DNA of 64,000 bases from assembly GCA_964016885.1 (NCBI GenBank), contig OZ024748.1:25296001-25360000 (forward strand), in the 5' to 3' direction. Position numbers and translations under genes: made by a program. Under the pieces are notes generated by a model. The model did no database searches. It saw nothing but the letters and a program-made list of their open reading frames with translations, and was not told the DNA's origin. Below, one piece after another: positions 52,551 through 63,978 of the stretch. The DNA is from Eledone cirrhosa. Lineage: Eukaryota. Numbering within the stretch: position 1 is the first letter of the stretch; each line of letters starts with the position of its first letter.

Positions 52551-52763
52551 TTAATACAGAAATGGCTTCTACTAGCCTAGAACTGTTTCATTCTTATGAA
52601 ATCATCAGGAATGCCAAGTGATTATGTATGGTGGTGGTGGTGGTGGGGTATTTTAAGGAGCAGATATCTAGTAGTGGATTAGAGAGGGGGGAGGAAGGGT
52701 TGAGGTAAGTGATGGGGTAGAAAGAATGGGAAGAAAGAAATTCTTTGAGTAGAAGAAATTCAA

Positions 52764-52807
<44 letters not shown>

Positions 52808-55589
52808 TATTTACGTATCGAGAGAGAGAAAAGGAGGGATAGGTGATACATGTAGTTATTTGCCAAATAGCGTATGCAGAGGGTACTCAATACTAGTGCC
52901 GGCAGTCTTAGATATTAGAAGTGTTAATATCTAGTGGACGAGAGAATTAGCAGAGCTAATTAGCTTCTCCACGTATATATATATATGAAGAAGTTTATGA
53001 AACGGAAATGCAGGTATAAAGAATTTATTAGGTAACAATTGTTTCTATAGTGTATGGGTTACCTATACCTCGCTATTTGTATAATATAAAAATATTATCA
53101 TAAATCGTAGGTACACTGTAAGAAAACACACCATATCGTCAGACCTTTATGGTAGAATGATAGGAGAATATTTTATACACTAGATATGTGAGAAAGTAGG
53201 AGGTAGGAAGGGAAGAGGAAGAGGGAAGCGAGTAAGGGGGAGGTAGTCTTAGGATTCAAGACTCTCAGAGTAGTAGAGATTGTATAGAAGAAAATGTTTT
53301 GGCAGCAGTTAGCTAAATGAGGCGTGTTAGGGTTGGCGGAAGAAGTGAATTCTTCCAGTGGTGTTGTTTGGACAAAATTTAGTTAAAGGGGTCAATGTAG
53401 TACAGAATTATAGACAAGTTATTGGGGCTATTATAGTAGCAGGATATTTCTAAAGGGGTCTAAAAAACAGTGTTTAGTGCTTTTATTATAAAAAGTCATA
53501 TCGTGTGTATAAACATATAAAAATATGAAATAAAAATAAAAATTTGCAAATGGTGGTGTAAAAAGATAATATTACATGCATTTAAAAAAAGAAAAAGTCG
53601 TTTTTAAACGATGGTTACAGTAAAGTGAACGTTCAATTTTGCTGTTCAAAAGTTTGTTTTCCGACGTTAAAATGCAGTATATCTCCATATTGCATAATTT
53701 ACAAAATCGGTGATTTTGCTTATATGTTGGCGCAACTGCAATAATTTGCCAATCAAGGAGAATGCTTGATTGTTCTTCCGAAGCTGCCAGGTCTAGGATA
53801 CTTAAAGTGTCCGTATGCAGTAGGCTGTTTGAGCACTCGATGCTCTTACAGAGCAGAGTATAATATCACATAAGAAACGGAGAATCAGTGGTGCGACGAA
53901 TTAAAATTTATTTATATTACAATTGATTCTCTGGCGACCAGCTCGAGGCACGATCGATGCAATGATCGAACCTGACTCTGAAATCGCAAGATCCTCAGAT
54001 ACGTCTCGATTCTTTGAAGCAGAGTTTCCAAATGTCCAGTTACTCCTGTTGTTGTCTGTCGATGAGTGGTCAAGAATTGGACACATCATCGGTATTTTTG
54101 ACCACTCATGGCCGTCATTTATCTGATTCCTTTCATATGCCACCTGTCAATCAAAGTTGTTTCTTATATCGGAATTACTACTGTAGGGGGTAAGGGGCTG
54201 TATGATTGAAACGCTCGCGCCCTGTCGCAGCTTTCCCGGCCTGTAGGCGCCCACACCCATGTCCATGTTTCGCGTAGGCGTGATACATATGGGCACGTAT
54301 ACACCCACAACAACCACGTAACACCCGCAACTGTATTATATGCGACAATCACAGTTAATATTGAATGTGCAACGAATACTTAGAAAGAATTTTTTAAAAA
54401 ATGGAAAAACATTTAAAAAAACGTTTCAGGAAAACGCACCCTCAAATTCCTTAAAAACACACACATTTTAAAAAAACACCCTTTAAAAAGAACATTTAAA
54501 AAAACTGCTTGAAAGCGCCTTTCAAAAAAATTATTTCAAAAGTATTTTTGATAAATATACATACGCATGTGTACACACACTGTACTCAGGAAAGCATATA
54601 TACTTAAGACGCTGCACATATATACAGATGAAAAAACGGAAAATCTACACATACATATGCATAGACCTACACAGACATGCTCATACATATACATACACAC
54701 AGACATGCATGTATAGTACATATATGCATGCATACACATACATATATGTACCCGCGCATGGGCATGCACATGGGCATGCTTATATATCTCAAAAAGCACA
54801 TACTTGATGAATACCTACATATCCACACACGCAACTGTGCACATGGCGCATAAAATATTATATGAGAAAACATTCTTGAGGCGAGGAAGCCAACACATTC
54901 ATGGGGCCGTATAAGCCTGAAAGTGCATGCTCAATATGCATAAATGCAATAGCTACGTATCAGCCACGTACTAATCACAGATAACATGGAGTCACATATA
55001 TGAATGCGTGTACGTACATAAAATAAAATACTTGAAAAAGGAATGTATACATGACAAAGATACAAAGGAGGTATCTGTTCACGCCACCCGGACATTATTG
55101 GGATGTGCATAAAGTTGCATATAATACTTAAAGACTGTAATGCATAGGGTGATATAAGATACTGGACTGACGATCCAAGGGACTGGGCAAGAGCCTGCAT
55201 AACAACCATGCACATGAGACAGATTTCATGACAGGTGGACACAGGGGACCGTGTAGGCATACACAAACAAGTTATATATATTGTGAATGTGTAGAATATC
55301 CTTTTCATAATAGTATATATGAAATGTACATGGAATGGATGCATAAATGGAATATATCGGGAATGTGTAGAATATGTGTTTCATAACAGTATATATGAAA
55401 TGTACATGAAATGGATGCATAAGTGGAATATACCAACGGCTTGTGTTGTAGGCATGTATATAGCAACGGCAGGCAAAGTTAGAATTAATTGCAGCATTAA
55501 CCTTAAGTCCAGCATCAAGTCCAACATTAAAGTTGCAAATTAAACATCAAGAATCGAAAATTAAAAATTAAAAATCAAAAACAGACTTA

Positions 55590-56212
55590 TATTTGACGGG
55601 TTGGAAGAAGTTTAGGGAGCTGCTTCCACTTTTGACAAAGAGAGGTTCTCCCTGCGAATGAAAGGTCGGTTGTATGATGCCTGTGTGAGATGCATGATGC
55701 TGCATGGTAGTGAGATATAGGCAGCAACTGCTGAGGATATGCGAAGGCTGGAGTGAAATGAAGCAAGCATGGTCTAGTGGATGTGCAATGTCAATGTGCG
55801 TGAACGACCAAGTATGGACGAGTTGAGAGAGAAACTGTGTATTAGAGGAATAAACTGTTGTGTGCAGGAGAGAAGTCTACAGTGGTATGGCCATGTGATG
55901 CGCATGGATGATAACCGGTTGGTAAAGAAGTGCTAGGTAATCCCAGTGGAAAGAAGACGCAGTAGAGGAGAACCACGGAAAACATGGGCGGAGGTGGTGA
56001 GAGCTGACCTCAGATCGCTGAAGCTCACAGAGGAGATGATGAAGGACTGTGACAAATGAAGAGATGCCGTGCTGAAGAGGGTCCATCCGACTCTTCCAAG
56101 CAGGAAAAAAAATGAACGTAAAATGATGTTGATAATGATGGTGAGTAATATAAACTCCAAAGAAAATGGACGTTAATTGATGATGGTGATGATGATGATG
56201 ATGATGATGATA
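55590..56212 (+). mobile_element. RTE LINE 3-prime fragment with two tail remnants
   Basis: WKKFRELLPLLTKRGSPLRMKGRLYDACVR..MLHGSE..WYGHVMRM; (GAT)n. Confidence 0.88.
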
Positions 56213-56231
56213 TGTGTGTGTATATATATAT

Positions 56232-57050
56232 AGGAAAAAGTATGACCCCGACGGCAGAGCTCAAGCCGTTTCGACGGCTATTTCTGGACTAAATTAGAAT
56301 TTTTAGCCTGGTGAATAAATAGCCGAACTTTTCAAGGGGGTACTTCCTTATATGGGAAGATTGAAGTTGTCAAGAGGATTGTTAAAATTTGTTGTAAACA
56401 CAAATAAGTCTATCACGCATTTGGTGGGTGGTAGGGGTGGCTGAACTTGCCTGTAGAACAATAGGGGAGTGAGTGGAGCGGTCAAGCGTTGAAAGTGATA
56501 TGTATACAGCAGATTCTAACGATAGTGTATGAAGTGGCGGAGGGAGGTTATAGAATAGGTGAATCGAAAGAGAGTAGGAGACAATAAAAGATACTAGAAA
56601 GAAATTAAAAAAAATATATATATATAAAATTAGATAGTGAGAAATGAATAAAGAAATCACAATGCTATCTTACAATTACAGGTTAATAAGTTGAGAATAG
56701 AAAAAACTTATAGAAATTACAAGACAAATACAAACTTAAAGGGGTTTTTAACGCATCTGCTATAAGTAGTTAGTAAAACGTATTCGGCCAATTCTATATT
56801 AAAATAACAGGGGTGGGGGAACTGATGCTACAAGGCCCGATGGGCTGCATCGGGGTAGGTGAAAAGGGAAAGCAGACGAAGAAAATAGGGGGTGGAAGGA
56901 AGTGATAGGATGAGACAGAGGGAAGGAGACAACGAGGAAAAGAAAAGATATACATTTACCTATGTAAGCTGGGGTTTCCCCTAACTTATTCGGCAAGTGT
57001 GCGTGTGGGGGGGGGTGTCAGCCCTTGTCTACCCACCCGGGTCGTTATAG
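56232..57050 (-). mobile_element. Possible decayed Penelope-like 3-prime end
   Basis: Hammerhead near the (TA)n end; upstream minus-strand fragments AYIGK and LSLESAVYI weakly recall GIY-YIG endonuclease motifs. Confidence 0.4.
56246..56339 (-). ncRNA. Type I hammerhead ribozyme, U3-A8 core variant, long stem II and stable stem III
   Basis: Minus strand: CCCC-UUGAAAA-GUU-CGGCUAUUU..AAAUAGCCG-UC-GAAAC-GGC(UUGAGCUCU)GCC-GUC-GGGG. Confidence 0.72.
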
Positions 57051-57489
57051 GGTTTGAGGGCGAGATAAGTCCTACGCAATCTGTGTTTGCATGCGGTTAC
57101 CACTTCATCTTTCTTGTTTAGGAGTTGGTCCTTCGAAAACAACATGTCCGGGGAAACGCCTTCTCCATTCTGTCCGCCGGGGCTGTGGGTGGGCCCCATC
57201 GCGTACCGTTGTAGTTGTTGTATACAGATATCAACTCATCAATCCCATTGTCCTAATCCCAATCGTTGATGTGCAGTTTCAGCTGCACACAGAACATGTG
57301 AATATTTATTTGCGCTTTATAATATTATAGAAGATAAATGCATCAGCACATAGTTTTGTAACGAACGCGTAAACACACGCAAATACATACGCACTCATAT
57401 ATAAAATGTGATGTCATTGTCATCATTGTAGTGTTAGTACCATATTAGAGAGAGATATAGGTCTTGGAAGAATGAAGGACTACACTCAC

Positions 57490-57518
57490 CATCGTCAACT
57501 TTGTTAAATTCCAAGGAT
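57490..57518 (-). CDS. Predicted 29-nt micro-exon ending in ATG for the GCNT-like gene
   Basis: Minus strand CATTTTCCAG|ATCCTTGGAATTTAACAAAGTTGACGATG|GTGAGT; splicing to 49683 gives in-frame M-VAQVVSDVKMLRG. Confidence 0.55.
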
Positions 57519-57784
57519 CTGGAAAATGATAAAAATAATTGTTTCTACTTTAGGCACAAGGCCAGCAAATTACCCTGATAAAAATAATAAAACCTAACAG
57601 GAAGGCTTATATGGAATACTTCCTGTAAGACGAGACGTGGACTACTAATAAAACCTCGAATACACCTTAATTTTTTATATTGCAGATAAGCAAGAAACAC
57701 GTCTCTCACACGAATAAAAAAAAAATTAACAACAGCAACAACAACAGCAACAAAAGTAATTGAACAAAAACTATATAAGAAACA

Positions 57785-57972
57785 ATTGTTTCTACTTTAG
57801 GCACAAGGCCAGCAATTACCCAGTGCATTACTGGTACTTTATTTTATCGACCCCGTAAGGATGAAAGGCAAAGTCAACCACGGCGGGATTTGGACTCTGG
57901 TCGTAAAGGGACGTAACTATGCTGGAAAGCATGGCGTACGACCCTCTACCGATACTGCCAATTCACAGCCCA
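57785..57972 (-). mobile_element. tRNA-derived SINE with TSD
   Basis: Same family as 52171; TATATAAGAAACAAT on both sides. Confidence 0.85.
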
Positions 57973-58372
57973 AATTATATAAGAAACAATAAAAGGTAAA
58001 TAGATATGTAACGAAATCTGTCCAAGCCTTGGAGTTTGGATGCCACCTAAAGGTCAAACTCTAGGTCACCACCCTTTTGATGTGAACAGGTATGACTGAA
58101 ACCATTTTGAAGACAAAAGAAGATATCTAATCCTGTATTTGACTATCTTACACTGTAAAGTAATATAGTTAATAGAAAAGTTAATACAATAAAAGTGTAG
58201 CGAAATCTATCCGCGCCTTGAATTCTAGGTTACCACCCTTTTGGTGTAAACAATTCATGCGTGGGCTGTCCCCTCAGGGGGGGGGGGGGAGCTACAGGTA
58301 TATAAGCCTGTATCATCCCACTTTAGCAATCTAGACATCGGAACATTACGCTAGCAACTAAGAATGTAAAGA

Positions 58373-58721
58373 TTCACAGTTACTACAGACCCCAGAGGTC
58401 TACAGAAATACAGAGTGATTGGAGACCTACTACTACAGAACACAAATGTGGAAGATTCACCGCTGTCTGCAGGCCACGGTGGTTCACAGTTACTACAGAC
58501 CCCAGAAGTCTACAGAAATACAGAGTGATTGGAGACCTACTACTACAGAACACAAATGTGGAAGATTCACCGCTGTCTGCAGGCCACGGTGGTTCACAGT
58601 TACTACAGACCCCAGAGGTCTACAGAAATACAGAGTGATTGGAGACCTACTACTACAGAACACAAATGTGGAAGATTCACCGCTGTCTGCAGGCCACGGT
58701 GGTTCACAGTTACTACAGACC
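58373..58721. repeat. 110-bp tandem repeat, 3.2 near-identical copies
   Basis: TTCACAGTTACTACAGACC at 58373, 58483, 58593 and 58703. Confidence 0.95.
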
Positions 58722-59385
58722 ACAACAGAGGTATGCAAACCATATATCTCTCTCTCTCTTACTCACTACGGTCTCAGAATTACTACAACAACAACAACAT
58801 TATCTGTTCGCTCGCTGGTTTTCACATCAACAACAATAATAAAATTAACAACTCTTGGTAACTGTTTTATTGTACTTTTTAATTGATTCACGTGAAGTAA
58901 ACCATATATAAACCAAATCATTTATTCTTATTATTCTTGTTATTACATCTAACAACTTTGTTATTACCTCTAATAACCATGTTATAATCATTCTAACAAT
59001 AACTATTTCTTAATTCATTTATAGCGAGAGTACTGGTTGTATGAATGTAACAAAACGAGACAATGTTTGTGTATATAATATTTAATTAACGGTAGATAGA
59101 ATACTTGACATGTCAAAGATAGATGTTAGAATGAAACAAAGTTAGTAGTTACCGTTTTGATTGCCAGGCAAACGCGGCTGGCAGAGGGCGCCTGGCTAAG
59201 GCCAGGCGCCTGTTGGCCAAATTAATGGCAGAGCCAAATGAGAGGCTCTTCGACCTGGTGCCGAAAAGGCAAAGAGAGAGAGGAAGCTTAAAGTTGTTAG
59301 TTTTATAGGGCTCTGACCGGAAGTTGCAGAAAGGGTTCCACTTCCCGTCTAGATCCTAATCAAAACAAGGGAGACAACCGCTACA

Positions 59386-59397
59386 TAACCTCCCGCC
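59386..59397 (-). promoter_or_regulatory. Polypurine tract
   Basis: Minus strand GGCGGGAGGTTA immediately precedes the 3-prime LTR start TGTAGCG. Confidence 0.7.
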
Positions 59398-60717
59398 AGA
59401 ATTTTAGTGTATAAAAATCGAAATGAAAATATGTAGCAAGTTGGCGAGAATGTTGTAACAGGCATGAAAATTACGACAAAAGAATGTCTGGAAAAATCAA
59501 TGATAGATATCAAGGTAGCCAACCGCTCTTGGCCAGAGAACGACTGGACATCCATCTATCCATCACCCAAAGATACAATGTAATAAAGTAAAAGTAATAG
59601 AAGAGCTCAAAGTTCAAAATATAGTTCACAGGTGTGCAATCACATGACAGCAGGAAAGAAAGTGTGTTCCAGAGAATGAATGCAGGTGGTTTCTGTTCTG
59701 TGGTATATCGTGAAATTTCCAACCTCCGAATGGATTTTCTCACAGGAAGAGTGCTGCAAAAATAAATTCTCTGGCTTTGGTGAAGCTGTGTTGATGTATT
59801 GCTGTTGCTGTTGCTGTTGTCTCGCTGAGTGAGCGTATTCGGTGTTTAAATTCACAGTAAAAAAATTTTTTTTTAGAAAAAAATGAGTTGCGCAAAGTGC
59901 TAGAAATAGCAGCCGAAGTTGATGGCCGATGTTGAGAATGCTTTGACCTGGAAGGGTCAAGAGGCCAGCGACCAGAGAAATAAGCATTCTTAATAAATGC
60001 GCGGTTATCAACGGTAAATTTACATTGTAAATTTATAAACCGGCAAATAGAAGAATATAGCTTAAGGCTGAAGAATCCCTGGTGATAAATGGCGTGCGGC
60101 TGTCTGTGAGTAGAGACATCTCAGTGAATCGAGAATTTATGCTGCCTACACGTGCCAATACAAGGTTGAAAAAAAAATATTTCTAACGCGCGAGAAAATG
60201 ATAGTGCAATTTTGAAAGTGACAATGATGAAAAAGAAAGGCTTCAATCAGCATAATTATAGGTGTGAACTTTGGAAAAAAAACAAAAAACTTGAACGATG
60301 AACAAAAGGCAATGGTTCATCGAAAATAAATGTTCCTGTTGAAATGTTTTTTAAAGAATATCAAATTTCTTTTTTTTTTTTTTGTGTTTTGAAAGAGTTC
60401 GTTGTAAGAAACGAGAAACATATATATATATCGTGAAATGTTTTTTTTTTGTTTTGAAAGTGTTCGTTGTAAGAAACGAGAAACATATATATATATATTG
60501 GTGAAATGCGACAGTTAATTGATGCGTGAGAGAAAAAGTATGTCTGTGCGAATTCCACATGTGCGTGTGTGCGTGTCCTTGAGTATTTTCATAGTTTGTC
60601 GCTAAATTTGCTGTGTATTCGTAATGTTACTCACAAAACCAGATGTGCTATTTTTTTCTTTTTTTTTGGGGGGGGGGGGGAGTGACCACTTATAGCGATG
60701 AGCGGCTGCGTGTTCGT

Positions 60718-60735
60718 ATCACGTCAGGGTTACCA
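60718..60735 (-). promoter_or_regulatory. Primer-binding site, tRNA-Trp
   Basis: TGGTAACCCTGACGTGAT versus TGGTGACCCCGACGTGAT (16 of 18), 1 nt from the 5-prime LTR. Confidence 0.85.
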
Positions 60736-61299
60736 ATATAGCGGGCATTCTGGGTGTATGAATGTAACAAAACGAGACAATGTTTGTGTATATAATATTT
60801 AATTAACGGTAGATAGAATACTTGACATGTCAAAGATAGATGTTAGAATGAAACAAAGTTAGTAGTTACCGTTTTGATTGCCAGGCAAACGCGGCTGGCA
60901 GAGGGCGCCTGGCTAAGGCCAGGCGCCTGTTGGCCAAATTAATGGCAGAGCCAAATGAGAGGCTCTTCGACCTGGTGCCGAAAAGGCAAAGAGAGAGAGA
61001 GGAAGCTTAAAGTTGTTAGTTTTATAGGGCTCTGACCGGAAGTTGCAGAAAGGGTTCCACTTCCCGTCTAGATCCTAATCAAAACAAGGGAGACAACCGC
61101 TACACATTTTTAACCCTTCGTTAAGCGATGCTGTAAAATGGTGAGAGGGCTCCTGGGTCCAGTAAGACAACCTCTCTAGTGCTGGTGGCACGAATAAAAG
61201 CACCCAGTCCATGCTGTAAAGTGGTGCTGGTGTTAGGATGGGCATCCAACCAGTATATATATTACTGCCAAAAACTATGATAATATACCCGCTGGCCTA

Positions 61300-61800
61300 C
61301 CTGTCATATGGAGCCCCGAGCATGCTCCTTGCTGCTGTTACGGTCATACCTTCAGCCACTGGGGTCCAACAGGGTAACCCTTTGGACCCCCCCCCCACCT
61401 ATTTGCTCTTGGTATAGACCTCATTGCCCGGAGTATCACGGGCCCGTGGAGACTGTCTGCCATTACCTACAATCGGTGGTTCCTACTCTGGTGGGAATTG
61501 GCCTCCAGGTCAACTCGTCCAAGACGGAGATGGTGAATGTTAACCACAATGATGAGAGCTCTGCAGCTTCCGTCTCAGACGAGTGGTCCATTCTCCTCCA
61601 AGTATAGGTGACCCCCAAAGTGGATGTCCTCATCCTCAGGTCACCGATCCACCCACTGGCTATCCGCTCCACCATCAGGTCCAGGCTCCAGCAACTTAAG
61701 ACCCTCACGAGCCGACTAGGCATGATTGACGCCCACCCAGACCTCTTCCTGTTGAGGAATTGCTTCGCCATGCCGAAGCTCCTCTATACCCTTCGCAGGA
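61300..61800 (+). mobile_element. CRE-clade-like non-LTR RT fragment
   Basis: GVQQGNPL..LFAL, IGLQVNSSKTEM, ILRSPI, LTSRLGMIDAHPDLFLLRNCFAMPKLLYTLR with a frameshift, a stop and a deletion. Confidence 0.7.
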
Positions 61801-62442
61801 TTATTTTAAAATAATCCCATGGTTAATAGCTGTGAGTAACAAACAACACATGCACATAAATACGAACTACAACACAAAAACACTTAAATGAAAATCACAT
61901 ACCCAACTCTATCTAGTGCTTTACATTACACCTTACTTAAAAAATACCTACATTATCACCACATGCCTCTCTAACAAATTGCACACTATCTTAAATGTTT
62001 ATAACAATTATAACATGCTTTAACACCCCACACAAAATATGTTTATTTCAACTGCATTATAACTCTTTCCTCATACATGCCTTATTGACTGTATTGACTC
62101 CTTCATTGTAGACCAATTGTCCTTGCTTATAACTGCTTTCCCTGTGTTTTTTGCTTGTCATTTTTTGCTTGTGCTTTTTGCTTTTACTTATACCTATTAC
62201 ACTTCCAACCAGTGCTGCCTGTAATTGTGTTATTTCAAGCGGAAGATCTTTTTAACTCCTGAATCTCCACATGATGCCTTTGACACTAATAACAACTATG
62301 TACCCTAAATGTTCTAAATGACTAGGATTCTAGTTACACGTTTTCGACAGTCCTTATGGTCCGATGGTTCCAGACTTCCCTCTGGAAGAAACAATTGTCA
62401 GCTAATAAATGTTCTAAACTAAAATTTGATCGTTTTAACACT

Positions 62443-62479
<37 letters not shown>

Positions 62480-62482
<3 letters not shown>

Positions 62483-63978
62483 TGAAAAAGAACAAAGGAA
62501 CTATTATGACATTATAACAAGTTTATTGCCGACAGCCGTTTCGTCCGACCACATGGGGGACTTTTCAAGGCATATAACATGTGATTGTAAGATCATTATT
62601 TACATCAACGTATCACTCAAGGCTAGCAGTTTGAAATTGTGGTATACATCAGCAACTCCGCTTGTATAGTTGGGGTCTATATTCTAAGGGGGCTCTTTTA
62701 TATTAGTTGTCGGGGTCAGGGATTGAAGTTTAAAAATTAGATAATATATAATTTACGCATTAACAGTAAACTAAAAGACTTGGGGTCCCGTAGAAGCACC
62801 TTAGAAAATCCCCCAATAAGCGCATAAGGCTTACAGGCTCCAATAAACCTACTAGACTAGAAGAAATTAAGAGGCTAATAAAATAAAAAATAAAAATATA
62901 AAGTTTCCCTAAAAAATATATAAAGTTTCCTATGAAATTCCTTCTAGAGAAAAAAATTTTTTCCGGGATATCCCTGAGTACATTTTCTTGACCATCAATT
63001 GTTAATCGATTGTTTGTTAATTAGGCAGGAATATACCATTGTGTCTGTGCTAATCCTATGTGTTGCTGTGTGCGGGTAAAGTATCCGAGCGCGGGATATC
63101 CCTGAGCTAATTTTGCCTGACTGTTAATAGTGTTTTGATTACTTGTTAATTAGGCAGGAATATATATTATTATGTCTTTGTTAATCCTGTATCAATAATT
63201 TTATAATAATTTTTTGTGATAATACATTGTTAGATTACTGAAGCTACCTTATACCTTAATTAGACAGGAATATATATTATTATGTCTTTATTAATCCTGT
63301 ATCAATAATTTTATAATAACTTTTTGTGATAATACATTGTTAGATTACTGAAGCTACCTTATACCTTCTTAAAAATACATTTTATAATTATTGTCTTTTT
63401 GCTTATGTATTTTCTTATTTACCACTTTCTTTAATCTTGCCCAACTTGATAAACTCCTTGAATTGCTCCCTAATTAAATTACTTAAATTACTTAAATTAT
63501 TGTATTTATTATGCCTAAGTTGTATCTGTTGAAGCAGCCCTTTGAAAATTCCTCGGATATCCCAAATACCGTAATTTTTAACTTTTAATGTATAATTTTC
63601 CTCAATTCGTTTTTATATATATCCTTAAAGGCTCTCTAAAATTTTAATTCTTCGAAGGGTCTCTCGGAAGAAGTTCCTATTAAAAATATTAAAGGGGCCT
63701 TTTCTGAGAGAATTATAGAAGGCTCTTTGAATTAACCTTTAATTGATTAGTTTCTTTCAACTTAGTAGGGAATATCAAAACTTCGTAAGTTTTCTGAAAT
63801 TTGTAAACGTGATCTCGGGGGAAGAAGGTTTTTTTCTTTCGGAAAAAAATTTTTTTCTCTAGAAGGAATTTCATAGGAAACTTTATATTTTTATTTTTTA
63901 TTTTATTAGCCTCTTAATTTCTTCTAGTCTAGTAGGTTTATTGGAGCCTGTAAGCCTTATGCGCTTATTGAGGGATTT
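62480..63978 (-). mobile_element. Probable Penelope-like element with an internal inverted duplication
   Basis: Terminal hammerhead + AATAAA at (TA)n; inverted repeat about 62806-62965 / 63840-63978; 110-bp tandem pair at 63147-63367. Confidence 0.5.
62527..62572 (-). ncRNA. Type I minimal hammerhead ribozyme, U3-A8 core variant
   Basis: Minus strand: UGCC-UUGAAAA-GUCC(CCCAUGUGGUC)GGAC-GAAAC-GGCU-GUC-GGCA, overlapping AAUAAA; about 50 nt from (TA)n. Confidence 0.85.

Larger units (their letters stand above)
59020..61104 (-). mobile_element. Non-autonomous Ty3/Gypsy-type LTR retroelement (CsRN1-like signals)
   Basis: LTRs 59020-59385 and 60737-61104; minus-strand termini TGTAGCG..CGCTATA; TSD CATT (59016-59019 / 61105-61108); PBS and PPT present; 1.35-kb internal region without pol. 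Confidence 0.9.

Noticed and set aside
52985-53015. Hammerhead-like ATGAAGA..GAAA motif
   Set aside because: Core is mutated and no stem I can be drawn.
53270-53460. Penelope RT peptide remnant on the minus strand
   Set aside because: Similarity is too weak to support without a search.
59640-60011. Functional gag gene
   Set aside because: Only a faint resemblance (HLLRML..LRLLFL) to CsRN1-type Gag, no intact zinc knuckle and no ATG start; at best a relic.
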